32,000 nucleotides of DNA, taken from contig CBDCNV010000002.1 in assembly GCA_965219535.1 (NCBI GenBank), forward strand, positions 120,001 to 152,000, read 5' to 3'. Positions within the stretch are counted from its first letter, which is position 1. The number at the start of each line of letters is the position of its first letter. Under the pieces are notes generated by a model. The model saw nothing but the letters and a program-made list of their open reading frames with translations, did not search any database and was not told the origin of the DNA. Below, one piece after another: positions 15,467 through 25,635 of this stretch. Position numbers and translations under genes: made by a program. This DNA comes from Opitutales bacterium. GTDB taxonomy: Bacteria > Verrucomicrobiota > Verrucomicrobiia > Opitutales > PNEW01.

Positions 15467-15940
15467 ATGGCTACAACTGATATATTACTTCTCAAACCTA
15501 TTGAAAAATTAGGTAATGAAGGCGATCATGTTCAAGTGAAAGCGGGATTCGCACGTAATTATCTTTTCCCGAAAATGATGGCCGTTCCAGTTAATCATGC
15601 CAATCGAAAGCAGATTGACGCACTAGTCAAAAGGCGGGAGGAAAGATTGACGAACGAACTTTCAACGGCTCAGGAAATTGCCAAGAAGATCGAGAATTTA
15701 CATTTTGCTATCGCCATGAAAACAGGTCCGGGCGGTAAATTATTTGGTTCCGTAACGGCACAGCATTTGCATGAGCAACTAACGGGCCACGATGTGAAAA
15801 TTGATCGCAAGCAAATTGCACTTAACAGCCCAGTAAAATCTTTAGGTAAACATAATGCCAAGATTAAGGTGCACGCCGAACTCTCAGTAGATTTAGAATT
15901 CGAAGTGGTTTCCGAAAATCCAATCGACAAAGAATCTTAA
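15467..15940 (+). CDS. rplI: 50S ribosomal protein L9
   Basis: 157-aa ORF. ILLKPIEKLGNEGDHVQVKAGFARNYLFP is the L9 N-terminal domain signature. Its position after ssb also fits. Confidence 0.92.
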   Translation: MATTDILLLKPIEKLGNEGDHVQVKAGFARNYLFPKMMAVPVNHANRKQIDALVKRREERLTNELSTAQEIAKKIENLHFAIAMKTGPGGKLFGSVTAQHLHEQLTGHDVKIDRKQIALNSPVKSLGKHNAKIKVHAELSVDLEFEVVSENPIDKES

Positions 15941-15967
15941 TCCCCGGTAGATACCGGACCATGGGTC

Positions 15968-17428
15968 ATGCCTTCGAAGAAAGGACTAACAAATGGAGTT
16001 GGGAGCAGCGGTGAAGATCGCGCCTCAATAAGCGCACGCGAAAGAGCGGGAGCGGCGGATCCGCTTGATCGTATTGCCCCACATAATATCGATGCGGAGG
16101 AGGGCCTCCTCGCATCATGTATCATGGACGGCGGGCAGGAGACAATTACGCTCTGTCTTGAAGCTAGATTATCACCTGATTATTTCTATAAACCTGCGCA
16201 TCAGGTGATCTTCCAAGCCCTTCTTGATCTTTATGATAAAGGATCGGTCGTCGATGAAATTATTCTTGTAGAGCACCTTGGAACTCAAGATAGGCTTGAA
16301 GAAATTGGTGGGTTTAGTGCGATTACTCACCTGACCAACCGCATCGAGACAACCGCTCACGCACAGTACTGGATGGAAATCGTGCGAGAAAAATGTCTTT
16401 TACGACGGCTTATAAAATCGGCAACTCAAATCGTAGACGACTGTTATCATTCGCAGGATGGGTTAGATAATTTTCTCGAGGCAGCAGAACAGAAGATTTT
16501 TGAAATCAGTCAAGATCGTGTCACGGAATCTGCTATCCCGATAAAGGATTCCATCGACTCAGCGGTAAAATTGATCAATACGCTTCTTCAAAGTAAGGGC
16601 GAATTAAGCGGTGTTTCGAGCGGATTTATCGATCTCGATCGCATGACTTTTGGTTTTCATCGGTCAGAGATGATTGTCCTTGCCGCTCGCCCGTCGGTGG
16701 GAAAAACATCCCTCGCCCTGAATATTGCCGATGCTGCGACTTTTCCCAGTGATAAGCAGCGCAAGCCCGTGCCGACGCTGTTCTTTAATTTGGAGATGAG
16801 CGCGAGCCAGCTCGCGTTTCGTCTCCTTTGCAGCCATTCAAAAGTGAACATGCAGAGAGTTAAAGACGGGATGGTAGCCCGGGAGGATCAAAATCGTCTG
16901 AGTCGCGATGCAAAGGCATTGAAAGAAGCTCCACTCTGGATTGACGAATCCGGGCAGTTAACGATCCTTGAAATGCGCGCAAAAGCACGGCGCATGCACG
17001 CAAAACACAAGCTGGGCCTAATTGTTATCGATTATTTGCAGCTCATCTCAGGCACTGATAGCCGGGTGGCAAGAGAGCAGCAGATTTCTGAAATTTCTCG
17101 TGGGATCAAAGCAATGGCAAAGGAACTGGAAGTGCCAGTGCTTGTCTTAAGTCAACTAAACCGTGAATCTGAAAGAGAAAAAAGACCGCCCCGGCTCTCT
17201 GACTTACGCGAGTCGGGATCCATTGAACAGGATGCTGATGTCGTCTTTCTCCTTGCGAAAAGGGTGAATAAACGAGAGGAGGGAGAAAATGGCAATACGG
17301 TGCCTTCATCAGGAGAGGTGATTGATTTAATCATAGCTAAACAACGCAACGGTCCTGTCGGTAAGGTTCCATTATCGTTTAGACCGGAATTTACACGTTA
17401 CGAGAATTACTCTGATAAATCCATTTAA
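15968..17428 (+). CDS. dnaB: Replicative DNA helicase DnaB
   Basis: 486-aa ORF with PHNIDAEEGLLASCI (DnaB N-terminal domain), Walker A ARPSVGKTSLALN, IVIDYLQLI, SQLNRESE and the RESGSIEQDADVV motifs. Confidence 0.95.
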   Translation: MPSKKGLTNGVGSSGEDRASISARERAGAADPLDRIAPHNIDAEEGLLASCIMDGGQETITLCLEARLSPDYFYKPAHQVIFQALLDLYDKGSVVDEIILVEHLGTQDRLEEIGGFSAITHLTNRIETTAHAQYWMEIVREKCLLRRLIKSATQIVDDCYHSQDGLDNFLEAAEQKIFEISQDRVTESAIPIKDSIDSAVKLINTLLQSKGELSGVSSGFIDLDRMTFGFHRSEMIVLAARPSVGKTSLALNIADAATFPSDKQRKPVPTLFFNLEMSASQLAFRLLCSHSKVNMQRVKDGMVAREDQNRLSRDAKALKEAPLWIDESGQLTILEMRAKARRMHAKHKLGLIVIDYLQLISGTDSRVAREQQISEISRGIKAMAKELEVPVLVLSQLNRESEREKRPPRLSDLRESGSIEQDADVVFLLAKRVNKREEGENGNTVPSSGEVIDLIIAKQRNGPVGKVPLSFRPEFTRYENYSDKSI

Positions 17429-17433
17429 TCTGT

Positions 17434-19776
17434 ATGCGTACACACACACTTAGATGGATTCTGTTCTTTTTTTGTGTTGTTAACTCCTATCTGTTAACTG
17501 CGCAAGATGAAGCTTTGGTACAACCTGTTGTGGGGCAGATCGAGATTAAATTTAAAGATATAAAAAATATCAGTGAAGAGGCAATTCGTGCGCGCATTCA
17601 GATACGCGTGGGGATGGAATATAATCAGAGTCTTATCGATCGATCCATACGATCACTTTACAACACCGGATTTCTTGACTTTATCGAAGTCAAAACCGAA
17701 GAGATGCCAGATGGAAAATCAAAACTTATATTTCTTGTTCAAGCAAAGTATAGAATTAGAGATATATATTTTGATGGAAATCGCAAAATAAAAAATACGC
17801 GCCTACAAGAAGAAATTATTTCCCGCGAGAATGGTGTCCTCGATGAGCGACGGATTAATGACGACAGTGATAAAATACTTGAATACTATCAGGGCAAAGG
17901 TTTCTCCCAGGTTTCTGTTGATTACGAAATTACCAAAGACTCAAATAACGGTTATGGCGATGTGGTTTTCCGCATCGATGAGGGACAAAAGTTGAAGATA
18001 GCCTATGTTAAATTTACCAATAACAAGGCGATTAGTGACCGAAAATTGAAAAGAACTTTAGACACCAAAAATTTTTCAATCGTAAACTCATTTTTTGGCA
18101 AAGGTCGGTTTAAAGATGAAATCCTTCAAGAAGATATAGATAAGCTGTTAGCTCTATATAAACAAAAAGGTTACCTAGATGTTGATATATCAGATGCCAG
18201 TGTAACTTTAGATTACCCGTCATCCAATAAGATTGGCGTCACGATAGATATTAATGAAGGGCGCCAATACAGAGTAGGAAATGTTACCTTCGAAGGGAAT
18301 ACACTCTATAGCGACGTAGAACTGATGCGTCCATTAAAGCTTCAACCGGGTGATGTTTTCTCACCTTCACTTCTTGACGAAGATCGCAATAAAGTGCGCG
18401 ATGCATTCGGACAAATTGGTTACCTTGATACCAGCGTACGCGCAGAGCGAAGGCCAAATCTGGTAACCGGTGATATAGATATTCATTATAATATTAGAGA
18501 GAGTGAAGAAATCCTTGTCGAATCGATCAATATCGAAGGAAACACCAAAACTAAAAGTGTAGTTATCCTTCGGGAAATTTCCTTATCCCCAGGTGATGTG
18601 TTTGATCGAGTGCGCATGAAATCCAGTGAGTCTCGACTTATTAATACGCAGTATTTCGATAACGTATTAGTTTCTCCTGAAAAAACAAATATTCCCGGTC
18701 GCAGGAATATGAAAATATCGCTTAAAGAGGGACGAACAGGTAACCTCACCTTCGGCGCGGGTTTCAGTTCACTGAAAAAAGGGCTTTTCTCCGCAGAGGT
18801 AAGTCAGGGTAATTTTGACTTATTCAACTTCCGTTCATTTTTTCAAGGTGACGGACAGAAGATGCGTATTTATGCAGAAATCGGATCAAATTCCGAAGAG
18901 TATGGGATAACTTTTGTTGAACCCTGGCTCTTTGATCAACGCTTAGCATTCGAAGTAGATTTGTTCCGCCTCGAAACAGATTTCGTTAGTGTCAGCTTTA
19001 ATGAACTGCGATCCGGTGTCCGAACATCGCTTCGTAAGCGCCTTTTTAACAATATCGATGGGCGGCTTACATACAGTTATGAAATAGTCGATATTTTTGA
19101 TGTTTCCCCTTTCGCCTCACCTATAATCAAAGCGGAGGAAGGTGAACGAAGCGTCTCTAAGATTGAAATCGATTTAATCAGGGATTTTCGAGATAGAATC
19201 ATCTACAGTAGACGGGGTAATCGTGTGCAGTTAAAAACTTCATTTGCCGGTTTGGGTGGCGATACTGATTATTTTAAATTAGAAGGGCGAGCATCCCAGT
19301 TCTTTCCCACGCACGATTATTTGGATCAGACGCTAAGTCTCTACGCTCGTGCGGGATCCTTTTTTAATGTAGGTAGCAAGGGGGTACCCTTTTTTGATCG
19401 CTTTTTCCTGGGTGGTCCAGATGATGTTCGAGGATTTGAATTTCGTCAGGTTGGTCCCAAGGACGTTCAAAGGAGTCCTAGTGGGGTCATCACCTCGATT
19501 GATAGTATCGGCGGGAACTCATTCGGGTTTTTAAGTGTCGAATATACTTTTAAATTATCAGAGGGTATGAGATTTGCGGTTTTTTATGATTTAGGCTTTG
19601 TCAATCCTGATGAAGGAGATTTTAGTTTTAAGAGATACAATTCCAACTATGGTTTTGGCATCCGGGTTCAAGTTCTTGGCGCGCCGATGCGCATGGATTT
19701 TGGCATACCAATCACCACCGACCAATTTAATGATGACGGCAATCAATTCCATTTCACCTTTGGGCCGAGATTTTAA
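17434..19776 (+). CDS. bamA: Outer membrane protein assembly factor BamA
   Basis: 780-aa ORF with a signal peptide. It has repeated POTRA-like units (I..I.I.GN...), a C-terminal beta-barrel with alternating hydrophobic residues, and a terminal ...FHFTFGPRF. It is followed by a Skp-like gene and lpxD, which is the conserved envelope cluster. Confidence 0.9.
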   Translation: MRTHTLRWILFFFCVVNSYLLTAQDEALVQPVVGQIEIKFKDIKNISEEAIRARIQIRVGMEYNQSLIDRSIRSLYNTGFLDFIEVKTEEMPDGKSKLIFLVQAKYRIRDIYFDGNRKIKNTRLQEEIISRENGVLDERRINDDSDKILEYYQGKGFSQVSVDYEITKDSNNGYGDVVFRIDEGQKLKIAYVKFTNNKAISDRKLKRTLDTKNFSIVNSFFGKGRFKDEILQEDIDKLLALYKQKGYLDVDISDASVTLDYPSSNKIGVTIDINEGRQYRVGNVTFEGNTLYSDVELMRPLKLQPGDVFSPSLLDEDRNKVRDAFGQIGYLDTSVRAERRPNLVTGDIDIHYNIRESEEILVESINIEGNTKTKSVVILREISLSPGDVFDRVRMKSSESRLINTQYFDNVLVSPEKTNIPGRRNMKISLKEGRTGNLTFGAGFSSLKKGLFSAEVSQGNFDLFNFRSFFQGDGQKMRIYAEIGSNSEEYGITFVEPWLFDQRLAFEVDLFRLETDFVSVSFNELRSGVRTSLRKRLFNNIDGRLTYSYEIVDIFDVSPFASPIIKAEEGERSVSKIEIDLIRDFRDRIIYSRRGNRVQLKTSFAGLGGDTDYFKLEGRASQFFPTHDYLDQTLSLYARAGSFFNVGSKGVPFFDRFFLGGPDDVRGFEFRQVGPKDVQRSPSGVITSIDSIGGNSFGFLSVEYTFKLSEGMRFAVFYDLGFVNPDEGDFSFKRYNSNYGFGIRVQVLGAPMRMDFGIPITTDQFNDDGNQFHFTFGPRF

Positions 19777-19798
19777 TTAAGAGTAAACTTTAATATGA

Positions 19799-20395
19799 AT
19801 GAACAACTTAAAACCATTAATAATGAATAAACTTATCGTCACTCTAATCTTATCAAGCACGTTCGCCGTCGCCTCTTTTGCTCAAGAGCTAAAGATAATA
19901 ACTGTTGATATGGGCTCGCTCTACAGCGGTTATTATAAAACCAAGGAAGCAAATGAAAAACTCAAGGAGAGCATTGACCAAGCTCAAACTCAAGCGGAGG
20001 AGCTTCTCGGGGAAGGGCGATCACTTGCAGAAGAGTTTAACAATCTTCGGGAGAGAATTAACAATCCCGCGCTCACTGACGAATTTCGCAATAAAGCGAA
20101 ACTGGAGGCCCAGGAAAAGTTGAAGGAAATTCAGGACAAGGAACGCGAGATACAACAGTATCAGTCAAATACCGAGCGGTCTCTCCAGCAGCGTCAGCGA
20201 ACTCACCGCGACCTGATGTTAGACGAAATAAAAAAAGTAGTTTTAATAATGGCCGAGAAACAGGGTGCAACCCTTGTATTTGATACTGCGGGGACATCTG
20301 CTCTTGGCATTCCAAATGTGCTCTACTCTAACCCGCGTTGGGATATAACAGATGATGTTTTGGCTAAAATAAACGAGAGTGCCCCGAGTGAATAA
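19799..20395 (+). CDS. OmpH/Skp-family periplasmic chaperone
   Basis: 198-aa ORF with a signal peptide (MNKLIVTLILSSTFAVASFAQE) and a long Lys/Glu/Gln-rich coiled-coil core. It sits between bamA and lpxD. The true start may be the internal ATG at 19823. Confidence 0.8.
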   Translation: MNNLKPLIMNKLIVTLILSSTFAVASFAQELKIITVDMGSLYSGYYKTKEANEKLKESIDQAQTQAEELLGEGRSLAEEFNNLRERINNPALTDEFRNKAKLEAQEKLKEIQDKEREIQQYQSNTERSLQQRQRTHRDLMLDEIKKVVLIMAEKQGATLVFDTAGTSALGIPNVLYSNPRWDITDDVLAKINESAPSE

Positions 20396-20592
20396 TATTT
20401 TTTCAGCTTCAATTTTCTCGAGAAGAGAAATTGAGGCGGGATTTAAGTTCCCCGGTATTTTTCGAACGGTTTTATAATTAGTCACCATCATCGCTTCTTA
20501 TCCGGAAGATTCCTGACCGAGAGTAATTGAACTTGGTGAAATTATTATTTCCTGTTATTGTGTATTGGCGGGCATCTTAGTAAGCTTTAATC

Positions 20593-21645
20593 ATGGATAT
20601 TTCTTTATCGACTGGTGAAATTCTCGATATCATCGGGGAAGGGATAAAAGAAGGGAGCACTAATGTCACAATAAATGGAATAGCCGCCCTCGATATGGCC
20701 GGGTCAGGTGAGCTCTCATTTTTGGGAAACAATAAGTATCGTAAGCAAGTGCCGTGCTCCAGCGCTTCTATTATACTTCTCCCCGAGGATTATAAAGGTA
20801 AACCCGGCGAGAACCAGTTGTACTTGCGCGTGCCTAACCCTTCACTGTCGCTTAGTAGAGTCTGTGAACATATCGAGATTCGTCTGAACCCTAGACCAGA
20901 TCCCGGTATTGATTCATCTGCGGTGATTGATCCAACCGCGACGATTGACCCCGAGGCTTATGTTGGACCGCAATGTGTGATTGAAACGGGAGCAGTGATT
21001 GGTAAAGGGACGATACTAGAAGCCAGAGTATTTATTGGAAGGAATTCTCAGGTAGGCAAAGATTGTCAATTTAAGCCACAGGTTGTTTTAGCTTCCTATT
21101 GCAAAATAGGTGATCGTGTCCGGCTGCAGGCAGGTGTTGTTGTAGGATCCGATGGTTTTGGTTATGATTTAAGCGAGGGAGCACATTATAGAAATCCACA
21201 GATTGGCTATGTTATTATTGAGGATGATGTAGAAATTGGGGCCAATACCACTATCGATCGCGCGCGATTTGATGTAACCCGGATTCAAAAGGGAACCAAG
21301 ATTGATAACCTGGTTCAAGTAGCGCATAACGTTAAGATCGGGAAAAATTGCATGATTGCTGCACAGTCAGGAATCTCAGGTAGCACGACACTCGAAGACG
21401 GCGTTACCCTGGCTGGCCAAGTTGGGGTCGCAGGTCATATAACGATTGGGCGAGGTGCAGTGATCGGCGCTCAAGGGGGTGTTAACCGTGATATAGAACC
21501 CGGAAGCACGAACACCGGTACGCCCGTGATGCCCCTTCTTCAAGCGCGGAAGATAGACGTTCTTTTACGCAAGCTACCAGAATTATTCAAAAAAGTTGCT
21601 AATCTCGAAAAAATATTAGAGAAGAAGTCAGTTAATAAAAACTGA
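20593..21645 (+). CDS. lpxD: UDP-3-O-acylglucosamine N-acyltransferase
   Basis: 350-aa ORF. It has the LpxD N-terminal domain (LSFLGNNKYRKQ), then a long left-handed beta-helix of hexapeptide repeats (IG..V.I..G..IG), and DGFGY. Confidence 0.9.
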   Translation: MDISLSTGEILDIIGEGIKEGSTNVTINGIAALDMAGSGELSFLGNNKYRKQVPCSSASIILLPEDYKGKPGENQLYLRVPNPSLSLSRVCEHIEIRLNPRPDPGIDSSAVIDPTATIDPEAYVGPQCVIETGAVIGKGTILEARVFIGRNSQVGKDCQFKPQVVLASYCKIGDRVRLQAGVVVGSDGFGYDLSEGAHYRNPQIGYVIIEDDVEIGANTTIDRARFDVTRIQKGTKIDNLVQVAHNVKIGKNCMIAAQSGISGSTTLEDGVTLAGQVGVAGHITIGRGAVIGAQGGVNRDIEPGSTNTGTPVMPLLQARKIDVLLRKLPELFKKVANLEKILEKKSVNKN

Positions 21646-21653
21646 ATGATTAT

Positions 21654-22601
21654 ATGCAGGTAGGGGAATTAAAAGTTCTATCCGGGCAATCGAATCCCGC
21701 TCTTGTCGAGGAGATATGTAATCTGATTGGTACGACTGTAGGTGGTTGTGAAGTCGGCAATTTCCCCGACGGTGAGACCAGTGTAAAAATAACCGAAAAC
21801 ATCCGTGGGAAGGATGTTTTTGTCGTTCAATCTTCATGCACCCCTGCGAATAATAATATCATGGAGTTATTAATTATGATTGATGCTGCGCGCCGTGCCT
21901 CGGCACAGCGCATCACCGCAGTCATACCTTTTTTCGGCTATGCCCGGCAAGATCGTAAGGATCAACCGCGCGTTCCCATCACTGCTAAACTCATTGCGAA
22001 TCTACTCGTTACCGCGGGGGCTAACCGTATATTGACGATCGATCTCCATGCCCAGCAGATCCAGGGATTTTTCGATATCCCGGTTGATCATCTCTATGCT
22101 TCACCGGTTTTCTTTGATTATTTAAAGCAGATAGATAGCGCGAAAATGGTCATTTTTGCACCTGATGTGGGCGGCGTGAAAATGGCTGCAGCCTATGCCG
22201 ATATGTTTGGTTGTGCCCTCGGGTTTGTTGCCAAACGCCGTACCAGTGCCACTACGGTTGAGGCCTTTAATCTAGTGGGTGAGGTTCAAGGGCGTGAGGT
22301 TCTCATTATTGATGATATGACTGAAACTACAGGTACGCTCTGTGCCGCGGCGAATCTTCTTAAAGACAAAGGTGCAACCCAAATTCGCGCCGCTGTCAGC
22401 CACACAATGCTCAACGAAATTGGTTATGAGCGTCTCAAGGATGGGCCGATCGATGAGCTTATTACCACGAATACGGTCCCTATTGATACGCGTGGGTTGC
22501 CGATAAAAGTATTAAGTGTCGCACCCCTTTTAGCCCAGGCAATCCTTAGAATAAACAACCATGAGAGTGTGACCAGTTTATTTAAAATCAAAGGATTTTG
22601 A
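21654..22601 (+). CDS. prs: Ribose-phosphate pyrophosphokinase
   Basis: 315-aa ORF with FPDGETSVKI, YARQDRK, DLHAQQIQGFF and the PRPP-binding loop VLIIDDMTETTGT. Confidence 0.95.
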   Translation: MQVGELKVLSGQSNPALVEEICNLIGTTVGGCEVGNFPDGETSVKITENIRGKDVFVVQSSCTPANNNIMELLIMIDAARRASAQRITAVIPFFGYARQDRKDQPRVPITAKLIANLLVTAGANRILTIDLHAQQIQGFFDIPVDHLYASPVFFDYLKQIDSAKMVIFAPDVGGVKMAAAYADMFGCALGFVAKRRTSATTVEAFNLVGEVQGREVLIIDDMTETTGTLCAAANLLKDKGATQIRAAVSHTMLNEIGYERLKDGPIDELITTNTVPIDTRGLPIKVLSVAPLLAQAILRINNHESVTSLFKIKGF

Positions 22602-22716
22602 GGCAAAGATAACTTATTATTAAGGTCACTCGCTATTCATCTATACGCAGATGTAAAGGGTTAGGGTTTGATTGTCGCTTGTATTGATCATTTACGGAAC
22701 ACGAAATTAAATTGCC

Positions 22717-24258
22717 ATGTCATTACTACTTAATATGCGGAATACATTTTTATTACTTGCTATTCTTGCCGCTACGGCAAGTTACGTGATACATGAATTA
22801 CTGGCAAAATCGGACGCTAGTGAATCCGAGGTTTTACGTCTTACCAATGCGGATGAACATTTTCCTATAGATAATAATCCTATCGAAAAGGGGAAACACG
22901 GGCGTGTAGTAAGTTATGCTGATGTTCTCGATGACGTTACACCGACGGTGGTCAGTGTTTATGCTTCGCGAATTGTTCGCGTCATGCGAGATCGTCAAGT
23001 CGATCCTTTGGAAGAAATGTTAAGGCGGTTCTATGGCGTCCCAGTGCCGCGAGATCGACAAGATAATGGGGAGAGAGAAGGTAACGGGCAGGAGCGGAAA
23101 TTGCCCTATGGTATGGGGTCTGGAGTGATCATTTCACCAGACGGATATATTCTTACAAACCGTCATGTCGTTACCGATGAGCGTGGCGACGATGTCGATG
23201 AAATTCGCGTGAGTCTAAGTGAAGAGAAAGAACTTCTCGCGGAAATTGTCGGGTCGGATAAAAGGACTGACATCGCTGTCCTCAAAGTTGATGCGGAAGA
23301 CCTGCCCTTTATAAATATGGCAAACAGTGATAACTTGCGTGTTGGGGACATTCTTTTTGCGATTGGAAATCCACTTAGGGTTGGAACAACCGTGACGCAG
23401 GGCATTGTCTCGGCAACGGGTCGGACAGAATTAGGATTACTCGGTATGGGTAGTCAAGGCTATGAAAATTTCATTCAAACTGATGCCTCGATAAACCCGG
23501 GGAATTCTGGCGGCGCTCTTGTAGATGCCGAAGGGCGACTTGTAGGAATAAATACGGCAATCATTTCACGGACAGGAGGTAATATCGGGATCGGATTTGC
23601 CATCCCCACCAACCTGGCGCGCTCGGTCCTGGTCAAGCTTCTCGAAACCGGCACGGTGCAGCGTGGCTATCTTGGCGTGGGAATCGATGATATAACGACA
23701 GATATTGCCGAAGCCTTTAACCTCACTAGTTCCAAGGGCGCGCTTGTCGTTCAAGTGCAAGAGGGTCTGCCCGCGGCGAAAGCTGGAATTCAACGTGGGG
23801 ATGTAATCGTGAATGTCGATGATCACGAAATTAAAAACAGTATCGACCTTCGATTGAAGATAGGATCAATGCAGCCCGGCAGTGATGTAAGTGTTACCGT
23901 AATGCGTGAGGGGAAAAAACGAAAATTCAATGTTATCCTGGGTAATTTGGAGACTGGCTTGGTAGAAGATGCCGACGTTTCAGGAAGTGAACTCTTAAAA
24001 GGTGTCATTGTTAGACAGCTCAATGATGAGATAAGGGAAAGATATGAGGTGCCGGATGAAGTAGAGGGGTTGGCTGTATCTGAAGTCGACATTAAATCAC
24101 CCTATTTAAACACCATTCGAGAGGGAATCGTAATTGTCGAAATCAATGATCGGCAGGTCAGTAAAGTGGATGACGCCAAGGAGATATTGCGCCGGGGAAT
24201 CAACAAGCTTTGGGTATATGAGCGAGGCAGCTTTGGCTATCTTGCCATTCGTCGGTAG
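22717..24258 (+). CDS. Do/DegP/HtrA-family periplasmic serine protease with two PDZ domains
   Basis: 513-aa ORF with an N-terminal signal or anchor. The catalytic triad context is TNRHVV (His), DIAVLKV (Asp) and GNSGGALVD (Ser). Two PDZ-like regions follow (GYLGVGIDD..., GDVIVNVDDHEI). Confidence 0.9.
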   Translation: MSLLLNMRNTFLLLAILAATASYVIHELLAKSDASESEVLRLTNADEHFPIDNNPIEKGKHGRVVSYADVLDDVTPTVVSVYASRIVRVMRDRQVDPLEEMLRRFYGVPVPRDRQDNGEREGNGQERKLPYGMGSGVIISPDGYILTNRHVVTDERGDDVDEIRVSLSEEKELLAEIVGSDKRTDIAVLKVDAEDLPFINMANSDNLRVGDILFAIGNPLRVGTTVTQGIVSATGRTELGLLGMGSQGYENFIQTDASINPGNSGGALVDAEGRLVGINTAIISRTGGNIGIGFAIPTNLARSVLVKLLETGTVQRGYLGVGIDDITTDIAEAFNLTSSKGALVVQVQEGLPAAKAGIQRGDVIVNVDDHEIKNSIDLRLKIGSMQPGSDVSVTVMREGKKRKFNVILGNLETGLVEDADVSGSELLKGVIVRQLNDEIRERYEVPDEVEGLAVSEVDIKSPYLNTIREGIVIVEINDRQVSKVDDAKEILRRGINKLWVYERGSFGYLAIRR

Positions 24259-24269
24259 TGATCTGAGTC

Positions 24270-24842
24270 TTAGCTACCCGGTTTATGAGGCGTGATTTTC
24301 TTTAAATCATCGGGTAGCGCATCCGCCTCATAGGTGGGAAAACTTAGTTCTAAAAGCGAAGTTACTGGTACTTCGAATTGTGTCTTGCCTTCGCTCCGAT
24401 TGACGAGCACCGCAACCCCGATTGGATCAGCTCCCTGGGATTTAATGATCTCCAGGGTTTCACGAATCCGACCTCCACGGGTAAATACGTCTTCTACCAC
24501 AAGTATTTTCTCTCCCGGGCTCATCACAAAACCACGTCTTAGAGCGAGAATATCAGCAACCTTTTCCACGAATATAAATCTTTTGCCCGCCAGCCTTGCC
24601 ACCTCTTGTCCAATCACCAGTCCACCCATGGCCGGCGATACAACCGTTTCAAATTCTGAAGGAGGTAATTTATCGAGCAATAACTCGGCAAGTCGTTCGA
24701 CACGGTTCAGGTATTCACAAGCACGAGCACATTGAAAATAATGACCACTGTGGAGTCCCGATCGCAGGATGAAGTGACCGGTCATTAATGCCCCCGTCTC
24801 TTTAAAGATACTTAGAATTTCGTCTTGTTTCGGATCTGTCAT
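24270..24842 (-). CDS. pyrE: Orotate phosphoribosyltransferase
   Basis: 190-aa ORF with GHFILRSGLHSGHYF and the PRPP-binding loop ILVVEDVFTRGG, typical of the short PyrE type. Confidence 0.85.
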   Translation of the reverse strand: MTDPKQDEILSIFKETGALMTGHFILRSGLHSGHYFQCARACEYLNRVERLAELLLDKLPPSEFETVVSPAMGGLVIGQEVARLAGKRFIFVEKVADILALRRGFVMSPGEKILVVEDVFTRGGRIRETLEIIKSQGADPIGVAVLVNRSEGKTQFEVPVTSLLELSFPTYEADALPDDLKKITPHKPGS

Positions 24843-24898
24843 ATTTCACACTCTGGCATTCTTGGTAGGTAAAAGAAAAAAGACATCGGTCCATCGCA

Positions 24899-25498
24899 TT
24901 AGAGAACTTCTTCAATACATGCGTAGAGTGCATCATGATCGGTAGCGACAGGTAAATCAGAATTCTCACTTCGCATTTTGTCGGTGGGCCTGAATAGTAT
25001 ACCATGATCTGCGGCTCGGATCATCGTGAGATCATTGTAAGAGTCACCTGCCGCAATAACGGTAAAATTCAGTTTTTTAAAAGCTTCCACTGCATGGCGC
25101 TTTTGATCTTCCTGGCGCAATCGGTATCCTGTAATATCGCCGTCTTTACTGACTTCTAAATTATGGCAAAATAAGGTGGGGTGACCGAGCTTACCCATTA
25201 ATGGTTCGGCAAATTCTTCGAAGGTGTCGGAGAGAATAATGGTTCGCGTTCGAGCTATTAGTTTACTCGTAAATTCAACTGCACCCGGGAGTGGATCAAG
25301 AGTATTAATAATCTTTCTAATGTTGTCTATTTTGATTTTGTTCTTCTCCAGAACATTTAACCGGAAACGCATGAGCTTGTCATAGTCAGGTTCATCGCGG
25401 GTGGTACGTTTAAGTTCGGTCAAACCTGAAGCTTCGGCAAATGCGATCCAGATTTCCGGTAATAAAACGCCTTCGAGGTCTAGGCAGACCATATTCAT
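24899..25498 (-). CDS. thrH: ThrH-type HAD phosphatase (phosphoserine phosphatase / homoserine phosphotransferase)
   Basis: MNMVCLDLEGVLLPEIWIAFAE...TTRDEPDYDKLM...ILSDTF.EF..PLM..LG.PTLFCH.LE......GY.LRQ.D.KR..V.AFK.L...VIAAGDSYND closely follows the Pseudomonas aeruginosa ThrH sequence as I recall it. The tracked ORF extends to 25561, but the extra 21 residues (MSLCSGFSHLTLVFTVKSSKP) have no counterpart, so I start at ATG 25498. Confidence 0.78.
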   Translation of the reverse strand: MNMVCLDLEGVLLPEIWIAFAEASGLTELKRTTRDEPDYDKLMRFRLNVLEKNKIKIDNIRKIINTLDPLPGAVEFTSKLIARTRTIILSDTFEEFAEPLMGKLGHPTLFCHNLEVSKDGDITGYRLRQEDQKRHAVEAFKKLNFTVIAAGDSYNDLTMIRAADHGILFRPTDKMRSENSDLPVATDHDALYACIEEVL

Positions 25499-25635
25499 GG
25501 GCTTAGACGATTTGACAGTGAAGACCAAAGTCAAGTGTGAAAAGCCTGAGCATAGGCTCAAGCTCTCGATGGTTTTACTTACCGCTAACCGCGTTTTAAG
25601 TACTAACCTATCATGATAGGATAATGATCTTCAAT

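Noticed and set aside
14641-15940. The rpsF-ssb-rplI cluster lacks rpsR (S18) between ssb and rplI.
   Set aside because: The 49-nt ssb-rplI gap cannot hide a gene, so rpsR must be elsewhere in the genome. This is a gene-order variation rather than an anomaly, and it cannot be pursued within this window.
20407-20436. A hairpin, cttcaattttctc-gagaa-gagaaattgagg, lies between the skp-like gene and lpxD.
   Set aside because: It is a bulged, AT-rich stem with no downstream T-run, and it sits inside a conserved envelope gene cluster. The evidence is not strong enough to call it a terminator.
25607-25620. A perfect 14-bp palindrome, cctatcatgatagg, lies just downstream of plsC and about 110 bp upstream of thrH.
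   Set aside because: It is a single short palindrome with no second copy in the window. It could be an operator or a small hairpin, but chance occurrence cannot be excluded from this sequence alone.
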